A DNA stretch of 63,851 nt, counting the filler, from Actinomycetota bacterium (GTDB lineage Bacteria > Actinomycetota > Actinomycetes > JAKEEW01), in NCBI GenBank assembly GCA_046725875.1. It is 4 parts of 4 records of this genome, joined end to end, with 100 filler letters (N's around TTAATTAATTAA, not from the genome) between each part and the next. Parts side by side here need not be neighbours in the genome. Positions count along the whole stretch, not along the records: positions 14,271 to 27,469 come from JBKOZJ010000133.1; positions 27,570 to 58,338 come from JBKOZJ010000134.1; 2 more parts are not named here. One strand, 5' to 3'. Under the pieces are notes generated by a model. The model saw only the letters and a list, made by a program, of their open reading frames with translations. It was not told where the DNA came from and ran no database searches. The position numbers and the translations under genes are program-made. Below, piece after piece: positions 19,887 to 28,659 of the stretch. Numbering within the stretch: the first letter of the stretch is position 1; every line of letters starts with the position of its first letter.

Positions 19887-19898
19887 AGGCGGAATCGT

Positions 19899-21710
19899 AT
19901 GCGCGAATACTCAGTACCAGCCGCCTACGAGATGAGCCCGGCGGCGAACCTCACGGACCTCATCTACGACAACGCCGAGAAAGATCCGGCGCACGCGTCG
20001 TTTGCCCGGAAGGTCGCCGATGACGACTGGGTGGACGTAACTGCCGCGGAGTTCATCGCCGAGGTGGAGGAAGTGGCAAAGGGTCTCGTGGCGGCCGGCG
20101 TGGATCCAGGCGACCGAGTGGCGCTCGTGTCCCGGACGCGCTACGAGTGGACCCTGGCCGACTTCGCAATCTGGTGCGCCGGCGCGGTCAGCGTGCCGAT
20201 ATACGAAACGTCGTCGGTGGAGCAGACCAGGTGGATCCTGGCCGACTCCGGGTCGGTTGCGTGCATCGTCGAACTCGACGACCACGAGCAGGTCGTGGCG
20301 GCGGCTCGGGACGGCGCTCCCGCCCTCCGCTCGATCTGGCGCATCGAGGCGGCTCGCGGTGGCGGACCGACGCTTGCGGATCTCATCCAGTCCGGCACCC
20401 GAGTCTCGTCCAGTGAGCTGGCCGGTCGCCGGGCGGCCCTGGGGCCGGAGAGTCTGGCGACGCTCATCTACACATCGGGCACGACCGGGCGTCCCAAGGG
20501 GTGCGAGCTGACCCACGGCAACTTCCTGGCGGAGCTGGGCAACGCGGTTCGCATGCTGGACGTGCTATTCACCCCGGGTGCAAGCACGCTGCTCTTCCTG
20601 CCGCTGGCGCATGTCTTCGCCCGGATCATCGAGATCGGCGCCGTGATGAGCGGCGCAAAGCTCGGCCACACCCCCGACGTTCGCGCACTCGTCACCGACC
20701 TGGGGACCTTCCGTCCGACGTTCATCCTTTCCGTGCCCCGCGTGTTCGAGAAGGTCTACAGCTCCGCGGTGGTCCGGGCGCAATCGGAGGGCAGGCTGAA
20801 GGGGGAGATCTTCGAGCGAGCCGTGGCGACAGCGGTTGCTTACAGCAAGGCCATCCAGACCGGTTCGCCTGCGCCGACGTTGCGCGCCCGCCACGCGCTT
20901 TTCGACCGGCTCGTCTATCGGAAGCTGCGGGCCTCGCTCGGCGGCCGGGTCGAGTACGCGATCTCCGGAGGGGCACCGCTCGGCGAGCGGCTCAACCACT
21001 TCTTCCGCGGGGTCGGACTCACCGTGCTCGAGGGGTACGGATTGACGGAGACGACCGCGGCCGTAACGGCAAATCCGGCCGATGGGGTAAAGATCGGCAC
21101 CGTCGGCAGGCCGCTCCCGGGGACCACGATCCGCATCGACGACGACGGCGAGATCCTCGTCCGCGGCGGCCAGGTGATGCGGGGCTACTGGAAGAACGCG
21201 GATGCGACAGCGGAGGTCCAGGCCGATGGGTGGTTTCGCACCGGCGATCTTGGCGACTTGGACGAAGACGGCTACCTGTCCATCACCGGACGCAAGAAGG
21301 AAGTTCTGGTCACCGCGGGTGGCAAGAACGTCGTACCGGCGATCCTCGAGGACCGGTTGCGCGCGCATCCGCTCATCAGCCAGTCCCTGGTGGTCGGCGA
21401 CAAGCGCCCCTATGTAGCGGCGCTGATAACGATCGATCCAGACTTCTTCCCCGCCTGGCGAGAGCAGCACGGCAAACCGGTCGACCTGCAGATCCGTGAC
21501 GCGGTGGACGATCCCGATTTGCGCGCGGAGATCCAGGCGGCGGCCGACGAGACAAACCACGCGGTCTCCCGGGCCGAGGCCATCAAACGGTTCCGGATCC
21601 TGCCCGTCGACTTCACCGAGGCGGGCGGCCAGCTCACCCCGTCGCTCAAGCTGCGGCGCTCGGTCATCGAGAAGGAGTTCAGCGCCGACATCGACGCCCT
21701 ATACGCCTGA
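19899..21710 (+). CDS. long-chain fatty acid-CoA ligase (FadD15-like)
   Basis: IYTSGTTGRPKG AMP motif, EGYGLTE, GWFRTGD, LTPSLKLRR. Confidence 0.93.
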   Translation: MREYSVPAAYEMSPAANLTDLIYDNAEKDPAHASFARKVADDDWVDVTAAEFIAEVEEVAKGLVAAGVDPGDRVALVSRTRYEWTLADFAIWCAGAVSVPIYETSSVEQTRWILADSGSVACIVELDDHEQVVAAARDGAPALRSIWRIEAARGGGPTLADLIQSGTRVSSSELAGRRAALGPESLATLIYTSGTTGRPKGCELTHGNFLAELGNAVRMLDVLFTPGASTLLFLPLAHVFARIIEIGAVMSGAKLGHTPDVRALVTDLGTFRPTFILSVPRVFEKVYSSAVVRAQSEGRLKGEIFERAVATAVAYSKAIQTGSPAPTLRARHALFDRLVYRKLRASLGGRVEYAISGGAPLGERLNHFFRGVGLTVLEGYGLTETTAAVTANPADGVKIGTVGRPLPGTTIRIDDDGEILVRGGQVMRGYWKNADATAEVQADGWFRTGDLGDLDEDGYLSITGRKKEVLVTAGGKNVVPAILEDRLRAHPLISQSLVVGDKRPYVAALITIDPDFFPAWREQHGKPVDLQIRDAVDDPDLRAEIQAAADETNHAVSRAEAIKRFRILPVDFTEAGGQLTPSLKLRRSVIEKEFSADIDALYA

Positions 21711-21902
21711 GCCCCGGTGTATCCGCGCGACGCGCGGCGAGCGCCCTAGAAGCCACCTTTCCGGGGATCCAGCGACGCTAAAGACGTCCTAGGTGCTGGG
21801 ACACAGCGCGCTGCCTTTCTTTGCCCGCGACATGTGAGCGGTAACACGCTGCCGGCCGACATGTGACGTTTTCGCAGAAGGAGGCTACAAACACCGCAAA
21901 AT

Positions 21903-23648
21903 GTGCCACCGTTAGCGGTTGTGACCGGCCGCGCACGCCCGACGCCAACGCGATGGCCTGCACTTGCGATCCGCGCCGTGCTCCTCGCGGTCGTGGTCGT
22001 GCTGACGCTGGCCGTGGGCGAATCGACCAGCGTCGGCTGGCTGCTCGCCCTTGCCGGCGTGGCTGGGCTCGCCAGCGTCGAGAACGAGCGCTGGCCGGTG
22101 TTCGGCCCCGCGGCCAGGTGCCTCGAGGCCGTGGTATGGGCGGTTGGCATTCGGGCGACCGGCGGCAACGAGAGCCCGCTACTGCCTTACCTCATCGCAC
22201 CGGTGTTCGCCGCGGGCCTCGCGAACGGTGTCCGTGCGGCAGTCGTCACCGCGGCGTGCGGCGTCCTGACGCTGGTCGCCGGTGCCCAGGCCAATGACGC
22301 TGGCCCGAGCAACATCGGCCTGACCATTTCGCTCGTCGAGTGGGTGTTCATCGCCCTGCTCATCGGCCTGGTAGGCGCCTGGATCAGGAATCTGCAAATC
22401 CGCGCCGCGGGACCGGCGGCGGTTCACTATGCGCAGGCGCACAAGCTTCTGGAGCAGCTCCAGACCGTAGCGACGAAGCTGCCTGGGTCCCTGGACCCGG
22501 TGACCGTCGCCGCCGGGCTCCTCGATGACATTGGCGGAGTGGCGAAGTATGACGAGGCCGCCGTTCTCGTGAACGCGGACGGCGATCATCTCGTACCGCT
22601 CGCACATGACGGCGCGGAGCGGGTCACCTGGGACCTTGCCAGGCGACGCACCGGGCCTTTCGCCGAGGCGTGGACGACCAGATCGAAGTACCTGCGGCTG
22701 ACAAAGCTGCCGCGGACCGGCGCCGCCGCAGAGCACACGGGACACGGCAGTGCCCTGGTCGTGCCGCTCAGGTTCGGGACCCGGACGCTGGGCGTGGTCG
22801 CCCTGGAGGCCTACGCTCCCGATGCCTACCCCAAGAAGGTCGCCAAGACGGTTCGCCGACTGGTCTTTGCCAGCTCGCTGCCGCTCGCGACCGCCGGCCT
22901 CTTCGATGATGTCCGGGAGCTCGCGACCGCAGAGGAGCGCCGTCGTCTGTCCCGGGAGATCCACGACGGCATTGCGCAAGAGCTTGCCTCACTCGGTTAC
23001 AACGTCGACGACCTGCTGGCCGAGGCGCGCGACGGAGCCGGTGGGCGGGTCATCAGGAATCTGGGGCTGTTGCGGAACCGCATCTCCGAGCTCATGGCCG
23101 AGGTGCGGCTGTCCATCTTCAGCCTGCGCAGCGACGTCGACCGGCATGGGGGTCTGGGGGCGGCACTGGCCGAATATGTGCGGACGATCGGCGCCGAGAG
23201 CAGGCTTACGGTCAACCTGATGCTCGCCGAGTCGCCGACCCGACTGCCCGCTCAGACCGAGGCGGAGCTGCTCCGGATCGCCCAGCAGGCGATCAGCAAC
23301 GCCCGAAAGCATGCAGGTGCCAGGACTCTATGGGTGAAGCTATGGGTCGAGCCGCCGTGCGCGCGCCTGATCGTCGAGGACGATGGCGTCGGGATCGGCG
23401 AGCCGCGCCGCGATCGTTACGGCCTCGAGATCATGCACGAGCGGGCCGCTCGGGTGCGGGCCCGGCTGGCGCTGTCGCCGCGCAAGCCGACCGGTACCGT
23501 GGTCGAGATCTTGCTTGCCCCGCCGCGGGCGGGAGATCTGTTCAGCATCGACCTCGAGCCGACCGCTCTAGAGTTTCCCCTGGGCGGTTCCGAGCTTCTG
23601 CCGCAGCCCGATGGGGAGCGAGGGTCCGGGGCGGCCGATGACTTGTGA
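21903..23648 (+). CDS. membrane sensor histidine kinase (TM + GAF + HisKA_3 + HATPase)
   Basis: Several N-terminal TM helices, EERRRLSREIHDGIAQ H-box, SNARKHA, EDDGVG, YGLEIMHERA; start uncertain. Confidence 0.9.
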   Translation: MPPLAVVTGRARPTPTRWPALAIRAVLLAVVVVLTLAVGESTSVGWLLALAGVAGLASVENERWPVFGPAARCLEAVVWAVGIRATGGNESPLLPYLIAPVFAAGLANGVRAAVVTAACGVLTLVAGAQANDAGPSNIGLTISLVEWVFIALLIGLVGAWIRNLQIRAAGPAAVHYAQAHKLLEQLQTVATKLPGSLDPVTVAAGLLDDIGGVAKYDEAAVLVNADGDHLVPLAHDGAERVTWDLARRRTGPFAEAWTTRSKYLRLTKLPRTGAAAEHTGHGSALVVPLRFGTRTLGVVALEAYAPDAYPKKVAKTVRRLVFASSLPLATAGLFDDVRELATAEERRRLSREIHDGIAQELASLGYNVDDLLAEARDGAGGRVIRNLGLLRNRISELMAEVRLSIFSLRSDVDRHGGLGAALAEYVRTIGAESRLTVNLMLAESPTRLPAQTEAELLRIAQQAISNARKHAGARTLWVKLWVEPPCARLIVEDDGVGIGEPRRDRYGLEIMHERAARVRARLALSPRKPTGTVVEILLAPPRAGDLFSIDLEPTALEFPLGGSELLPQPDGERGSGAADDL

Positions 23649-23654
23649 GGATGG

Positions 23655-24293
23655 ATGTCCATCAGGGTCTTGCTGGTCGACGATCACGAGCTGATCCGGG
23701 AGGGACTGCGCCGCGCGTTCGAGCGCGAGCCCGACCTGACCGTGGCCGCGGAGGCCGCCACGCTCGCCGACGGCCTGCTTGCCGTGGCCGCCTATCAGCC
23801 CGACGTGGTCGTGATGGACCTTCGGCTGCCGGACGGCAATGGGATGGACGGGGTGCGCCGCCTGCGCGCCGAGCATCCGCGACTTGGAATCGTCGTCCTC
23901 ACCATGTATGACGACGACAACGCGCTCCTGACGGCCCTGGAGACCGGTGCCTCCGGGTTCGTTTCGAAGGATGCGCGCACCGAGGAGGTCATCGCGGCCG
24001 CCCGGCACGCCGCGGCGATGCCCCGCTCCTTCTCCGCCGCCCGGCTTGCGAGCGCCATGCATCGCAAGCTCGCCGAGCCCGGGCCCCGGCTGAGCAGCCG
24101 GGAGCGGCAGGTCCTGCAGCTTCTGGCCGACGGGAAGGCCGTCGCTGGCATCGCTCGGGAGCTCTTCATCAGCGACTCGACGGTCAAGACGCACATCTCG
24201 AACGTGTACGAGAAGCTAGGTGCGCAGAACCGCGCCCAGGCCCTGATGACCGCCATGCGGCTGGGTCTGCTCTCCCCCGGCAGCACAACCTAG
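23655..24293 (+). CDS. NarL/LuxR-family response regulator
   Basis: LLVDDH, VMDLRLP, LSSRERQVL...TVKTH..NVYEKLG. Confidence 0.95.
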   Translation: MSIRVLLVDDHELIREGLRRAFEREPDLTVAAEAATLADGLLAVAAYQPDVVVMDLRLPDGNGMDGVRRLRAEHPRLGIVVLTMYDDDNALLTALETGASGFVSKDARTEEVIAAARHAAAMPRSFSAARLASAMHRKLAEPGPRLSSRERQVLQLLADGKAVAGIARELFISDSTVKTHISNVYEKLGAQNRAQALMTAMRLGLLSPGSTT

Positions 24294-24403
24294 TAACACA
24301 GCACGTCGGAACCTACCGGCAGCAGCCCCCTCGCCGGAAATATGATCATGGTTGCCGATCGGGACTCGAATAGTGCCCGCCTCAACTATCTCGTGATCTG
24401 ACA

Positions 24404-24419
24404 TCAGCCGAACGGCTGA
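24404..24419. promoter_or_regulatory. 7-2-7 palindrome upstream of Flp pilin (candidate NarL-family operator)
   Basis: TCAGCCG-AA-CGGCTGA perfect inverted repeat 85 nt upstream of the pilin ATG. Confidence 0.45.
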
Positions 24420-24504
24420 GACAGCACCGTCCTCCTGCGCTATGGATTCCGGTGTAGACCGTTGGAAGGCTACTGAGAGTCACCTCAGGACTCGGGGACG
24501 GTCG

Positions 24505-24633
24505 ATGCGCAGTATCCGCGGTTCCGGGAGGGGCACGTCGGGACTTGAGTACGGCTTGCTCATCGCGGTGATCGCGATTCTGACCGTCGTGGTCGCGCTC
24601 GCGATCGGCGGTTACCTGCGGGCGGCGAACTAG
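24505..24633 (+). CDS. Flp family (type IVb/Tad) pilin
   Basis: MRSIRGSGRG/TSGLEYGLLIAVIAILTVVVALAIGG: G(-1)/E(+5)Y(+6) prepilin motif followed by a hydrophobic helix, 42 aa. Confidence 0.82.
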   Translation: MRSIRGSGRGTSGLEYGLLIAVIAILTVVVALAIGGYLRAAN

Positions 24634-24746
24634 CCGGCGGCGGCGAGGGGGCGCCACCGGCCGGAAGATCCGCGGGCCCTGCGGGGCTCACTGGCCTCCG
24701 CGAGGCGGAGCGCTCGGCTCGGTGGCTGAGCCCGCCCCGCGGAGTC

Positions 24747-24781
24747 GGCGGGGAGGAGAGGCGGCGGCTCTCTTCCCCGCC
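24747..24781. terminator. GC-rich hairpin after Flp gene
   Basis: GGCGGGGAGGAGAG / CTCTCTTCCCCGCC 14-bp stem (one G-U), no U tract. Confidence 0.5.
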
Positions 24782-24933
24782 AAATACATACGACCAGAAC
24801 CAGCCCGTCTGACTCGCAGGTTCGATCGCTTCCCCCACAACTCGCGGGACCGCGCCTTGATCGCCGATTGAAATCGGTGGCCGCCCGACCCGCTCAGTAG
24901 ATCACCGGTGATGAGTTGGATAGGTTCTGCCGG

Positions 24934-27150
24934 GTGGGTGTCCGTCTGCGCCTCGTCCTCGGCAGCACCCTCATGCTCTTCCTCGAGCTCGCGCTGATCC
25001 GATGGATCGGCGCGAACGTACTCCACCTCAGTTTCTTCTCGAACTTCGTCCTGCTCGGCTCGTTCCTTGGCATCGGCGTCGGCTTTCTCCGGACCAGGCC
25101 GGGCCGGCTCCCCAGGCCGTACTACTCGCCGATCGCCCTGCTGACACTCGTGGGCTTCGTCCTAACTTTCCCGGTCGTAGTCGACCGGCAGAGCAGCGAC
25201 GTGATCTTCTTTACCAGTTTGGAAACGAGCGGGCCGCCACCATGGGTCGCCCTCCCCGTGCTCTTCCTGGCCGTCGCGGTGGTCATGGCGGGGCCGGGCG
25301 AACTGGTGGCGGCGTGCTTCCATCAGCTGCCCAGGCTGGACGCGTACCGCTTGGACCTGCTCGGCAGTCTGCTCGGCATCCTGGCGTTCACGTCGCTGTC
25401 GTTCGCCGGCGCGCCGTCGGTGTCCTGGGGGATCGTGGTAGGCACCCTCTTCGCCGTACTCCTGGGATCGCCCCCGCGTCGAGCGGCCACTAACAACGGG
25501 GACGACCCCCCTCGGATCCCCCACGGTGCACGTGCGGGGGACGAACCACCAAGAGCCAGGCGAGGTGCCGCATGGGTCGCCTCGGCCGCGCTCGGCCTCG
25601 GCTTAGTCGCGTTGCTCTACCGGGAGCCCGCGCTCGCCACCGACGGGCAGGCGGTCAGCTGGTCGCCGTACTACAAGATCACGACGTATGAGCGGACCGA
25701 GCGGGATGGCAGCCGATCGCTCATGGTGTCGGTCAACGGCATTCCACACCAGCGGGTGACGGTCGCCGAGCGGCGCGAGGAGCAGGAGCCCCAGTACGTG
25801 GTTCCGTATCAGCGGCTGGCCGCGATCCGGCCAGTGAGGTCGGCGACGCCGGTGGGCGCCGGACCGCGCGGGACTGCCCAGCCGACGCCGTCGAAGCTGG
25901 ACCGGGTCCTGATTGTCGGCGCGGGCACGGGCACCGACGTGGCGATCGCACTTCGGCACGGCGCCCAACATGTCGACGCGGTGGAGATCGACCCCAGGCT
26001 CGCCGCGCTGGGCCGGGAGCACAACCCCGACCGTGCCTACGCCGATCGGCGGGTGACGCTGCACATCGATGACGGGCGGGCGTTCCTTGAGCGAACCGAC
26101 ACGAAGTACAACTTGATCCTCTTCGCATTGCCGGACTCGCTCACACTGGTCTCCGGGGCTAGCTCGCTGCGCCTGGAGAGCTATCTCTTCACCGAGCAGG
26201 CCCTCGCTGCGGCCCGCGACCACCTCGCGCCCGGCGGGGCCTTCGCGATGTACAACTTCTACAGAGAGGGCTGGCTCGTCGACCGGCTCGCCGGAACCCT
26301 CGACAGCGTCTTCGGACACCCGCCGTGCGTGGACGCTCGGCCGGAGTGGGGCCAACAAGCAGTCATGGTCGCCGGCCTTACCCCGGCCGACCAGCGATGC
26401 CAGACGACATGGGCGCGGACGAGCACGGCGCCCGGGCCGTCCACCGACGACCACCCCTTCCTCTACATCCGGGACGGCACCTTTCCGAAGCTGTACGTCC
26501 TCGCTTTGCTGTTGATCGTCGCCGGCAGCGTGCTTGCCATCCGGGTCGCGTCCAGGGCGCCCCTGCGCCGGATGACGCCCTATCGAGACCTGTTCCTGCT
26601 CGGCGCGGCCTTCCTACTGCTCGAGACGAAAAGCGTCACCGGCTTCGCCCTGCTGTTCGGGACAACGTGGGTGGTCAACGCCTTGGTCTTTGCCGGCGTG
26701 CTCATCGCCGTCCTCGCCGCCGTCGAGACCACCCGCCGGTTCCGGACCCCGCGGCTACCGGTGATGTACGGGTTGCTGCTGGGCGGGCTTGCACTCGCGT
26801 GGCTGGTACCGAGCTCCTGGCTGCTAGGGCTGCCGCTGGTGCCGCGGGGGGTACTTGCGATCACAATCGCGTTTCTGCCGATCTTCGCCGCGAACGTGAT
26901 CTTCTCGAAGCGATTCGCCGAGACGCCGGACCCCACCCTTGCCTTCGGAGCGAACCTGCTGGGCGCGATGGTCGGCGGCTGTCTGGAGTACCTTGCCCTG
27001 CTTACCGGCTACAACGCGCTCCTCGTGGTCGCCTCGGCGCTCTACCTGGGTGCGTTCCTCACCCGGCCGGGACCGCGCCCCGGCTCGACCCGCGGCCTGA
27101 TCCCGGCGGCCGGGACTCGCTCCTCCGCCAGCCCGGCCGCCACGCACTAA
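24934..27150 (+). CDS. multi-pass membrane protein with central spermidine-synthase-like SAM-binding domain
   Basis: N- and C-terminal TM bundles; WSPYYKI, VGAGTGTD, AVEIDP, DDGRAFL, TDDHPFLY; GTG 7 nt after TAGGTT. Confidence 0.85.
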   Translation: MGVRLRLVLGSTLMLFLELALIRWIGANVLHLSFFSNFVLLGSFLGIGVGFLRTRPGRLPRPYYSPIALLTLVGFVLTFPVVVDRQSSDVIFFTSLETSGPPPWVALPVLFLAVAVVMAGPGELVAACFHQLPRLDAYRLDLLGSLLGILAFTSLSFAGAPSVSWGIVVGTLFAVLLGSPPRRAATNNGDDPPRIPHGARAGDEPPRARRGAAWVASAALGLGLVALLYREPALATDGQAVSWSPYYKITTYERTERDGSRSLMVSVNGIPHQRVTVAERREEQEPQYVVPYQRLAAIRPVRSATPVGAGPRGTAQPTPSKLDRVLIVGAGTGTDVAIALRHGAQHVDAVEIDPRLAALGREHNPDRAYADRRVTLHIDDGRAFLERTDTKYNLILFALPDSLTLVSGASSLRLESYLFTEQALAAARDHLAPGGAFAMYNFYREGWLVDRLAGTLDSVFGHPPCVDARPEWGQQAVMVAGLTPADQRCQTTWARTSTAPGPSTDDHPFLYIRDGTFPKLYVLALLLIVAGSVLAIRVASRAPLRRMTPYRDLFLLGAAFLLLETKSVTGFALLFGTTWVVNALVFAGVLIAVLAAVETTRRFRTPRLPVMYGLLLGGLALAWLVPSSWLLGLPLVPRGVLAITIAFLPIFAANVIFSKRFAETPDPTLAFGANLLGAMVGGCLEYLALLTGYNALLVVASALYLGAFLTRPGPRPGSTRGLIPAAGTRSSASPAATH

Positions 27151-27184
27151 ACCAACCAGACACCTGGGCCGACTTGCGCCGGCG

Positions 27185-27469
27185 TCAGACATGCAGCAAG
27201 TCATGCAGTCGCGCGGCAATGAGATCCCACCGCCAGGCGTCTTCGACCCATTGGCGCCCGCGGCTGCCGAGCTCGCGGCCCTTCTCCGGATCGGCGAGCA
27301 AGTCCGCGACGCGGTCGGCGACCTGGGGAACCGAACGGCCGTCGACGACATACCCGGTCTCGCCCTCGAGCACGGCGTCCGGCGCCCCGCCCGAATCACC
27401 CGCGACTACAGGCAGTCCGGTGGCGGAGGCCTCGAGGTAGACGATGCCCAGCCCTTCGACATCGAGCCC
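27185..27469 (-). CDS. GT4 glycosyltransferase, PimB-like (5' partial)
   Basis: GLDVEGLGIVYLEASATGLPVVAGDSGGAPDAV (EX7E motif). Confidence 0.85.
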   Translation of the reverse strand, partial: GLDVEGLGIVYLEASATGLPVVAGDSGGAPDAVLEGETGYVVDGRSVPQVADRVADLLADPEKGRELGSRGRQWVEDAWRWDLIAARLHDLLHV

Positions 27470-27569
27470 NNNNNNNNNNNNNNNNNNNNNNNNNNNNNNN
27501 NNNNNNNNNNNNNTTAATTAATTAANNNNNNNNNNNNNNNNNNNNNNNNNNNNNNNNNNNNNNNNNNNN
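27470..27569. other. artificial contig-join linker
   Basis: 44 N + TTAATTAATTAA + 44 N. Confidence 0.97.
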
Positions 27570-27570
27570 C

Positions 27571-28068
27571 CGGGCCCTTGCTCCGGGTGGAGTGCTAGCG
27601 GTGGTCGAGCGTGACTGGGACGGGCCGCCCGCATTGGCTGCCCGGTTGCGTCCGATCTTCGCCCGTTACAGCAGTGTGCGCAGTTTCCGCCCGATGGACG
27701 TGGTGGCCGAGATCGAGCGGCGTGGACTATTTACCCGCGTGGGTGAGCGTCGCTGCGGACCGGAGGTATGGCGGCCGACTCTGGCGGAGTATCTGGAGGG
27801 CCGTCATTCGCAGCGCGGCTTTTCTCGGGCCCACATGGACGGCGGTTCTGCGGCTGCTTTCGACAAGGCGATCCGCGACGTTCTCGACGACCTGGTGCGG
27901 GCAGGGGAGATCAGTTGTATCCACAACCGATTTGATTTGGCCGTGGAGGCCCGTGTTGTCTGGGGCGTGCCGCACACGCATGCCCGGTCTCCCCGACCCG
28001 CGCCCGGTCTGGTGAATCTGCTCCTTGCCCGACGATCAGCTCGTGGTGCAGAGACCCGAGCAGTATGA
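27571..28068 (+). CDS. class I SAM-dependent methyltransferase, C-terminal part (5' partial)
   Basis: Frame is open from the contig start: RALAPGGVLAVVE (L.PGG.L motif). Confidence 0.6.
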   Translation, partial: RALAPGGVLAVVERDWDGPPALAARLRPIFARYSSVRSFRPMDVVAEIERRGLFTRVGERRCGPEVWRPTLAEYLEGRHSQRGFSRAHMDGGSAAAFDKAIRDVLDDLVRAGEISCIHNRFDLAVEARVVWGVPHTHARSPRPAPGLVNLLLARRSARGAETRAV

Positions 28069-28112
28069 ACGCGATCAATGGTCGTCGAAGTCCGTGGCGG
28101 TACGGTTTCGGA

Positions 28113-28562
28113 GTGGATCGCCGCGCTCTCGCCTCCTGGTTGACCGGCGGCCCTCCAAAGCAGGAGGGGACGTCCGAGGCGGGCTACCGAGGTAGCCGGT
28201 TGCACCTTCCCGAGGCCGGGCCGGGATCGGTGGCGAGCTTCAGCCGGCGGCTCGCGGCCATAGCACTCGACTGGTGGATGTCGCTGCTGATCGCCCGGGG
28301 GCTCCTCGGTCTCGGGGCCTGGTGGGTGGCTGCCGTCCTCGCCGTGGAGTACATCGTCCTGCTGCCGACTCTCGGCATGACGGTAGGTATGCGCCTCGCC
28401 CGGATCAGGGTCGTCAGCATCGTCAGCAGCGGGTTGCCGCGGTGGCCGGCGGCGGTCGTCCGGACCGCGCTATTGCTGCTGGTCATCCCGGCGGTCGTGT
28501 ACGACAAGGATGGGCGCGGCCTGCACGACCGAGCGGCCGGAACGGCTGTCGTACGGATCTGA
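28113..28562 (+). CDS. RDD family membrane protein
   Basis: GSRLHLPEAGPGSVA...RRLAAIALDW...DGRGLHDRAAGT. Confidence 0.9.
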   Translation: MDRRALASWLTGGPPKQEGTSEAGYRGSRLHLPEAGPGSVASFSRRLAAIALDWWMSLLIARGLLGLGAWWVAAVLAVEYIVLLPTLGMTVGMRLARIRVVSIVSSGLPRWPAAVVRTALLLLVIPAVVYDKDGRGLHDRAAGTAVVRI

Positions 28563-28659
28563 TCACGGTCGCCGTGTTTCCTCGCCTCCTAAGCGCACGC
28601 CTGCGTAACCTACGGATCGTCGCGGCGAAGCCGATCACTAGTGCTCCGGGAGGACAACG

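Noticed and set aside
24294..24504. c-di-GMP or c-di-AMP riboswitch, or sigma-28 promoter, before the Flp pilin
   Set aside because: No riboswitch consensus seen, and the GCCGA boxes lack a correctly spaced TAAA-like -35.
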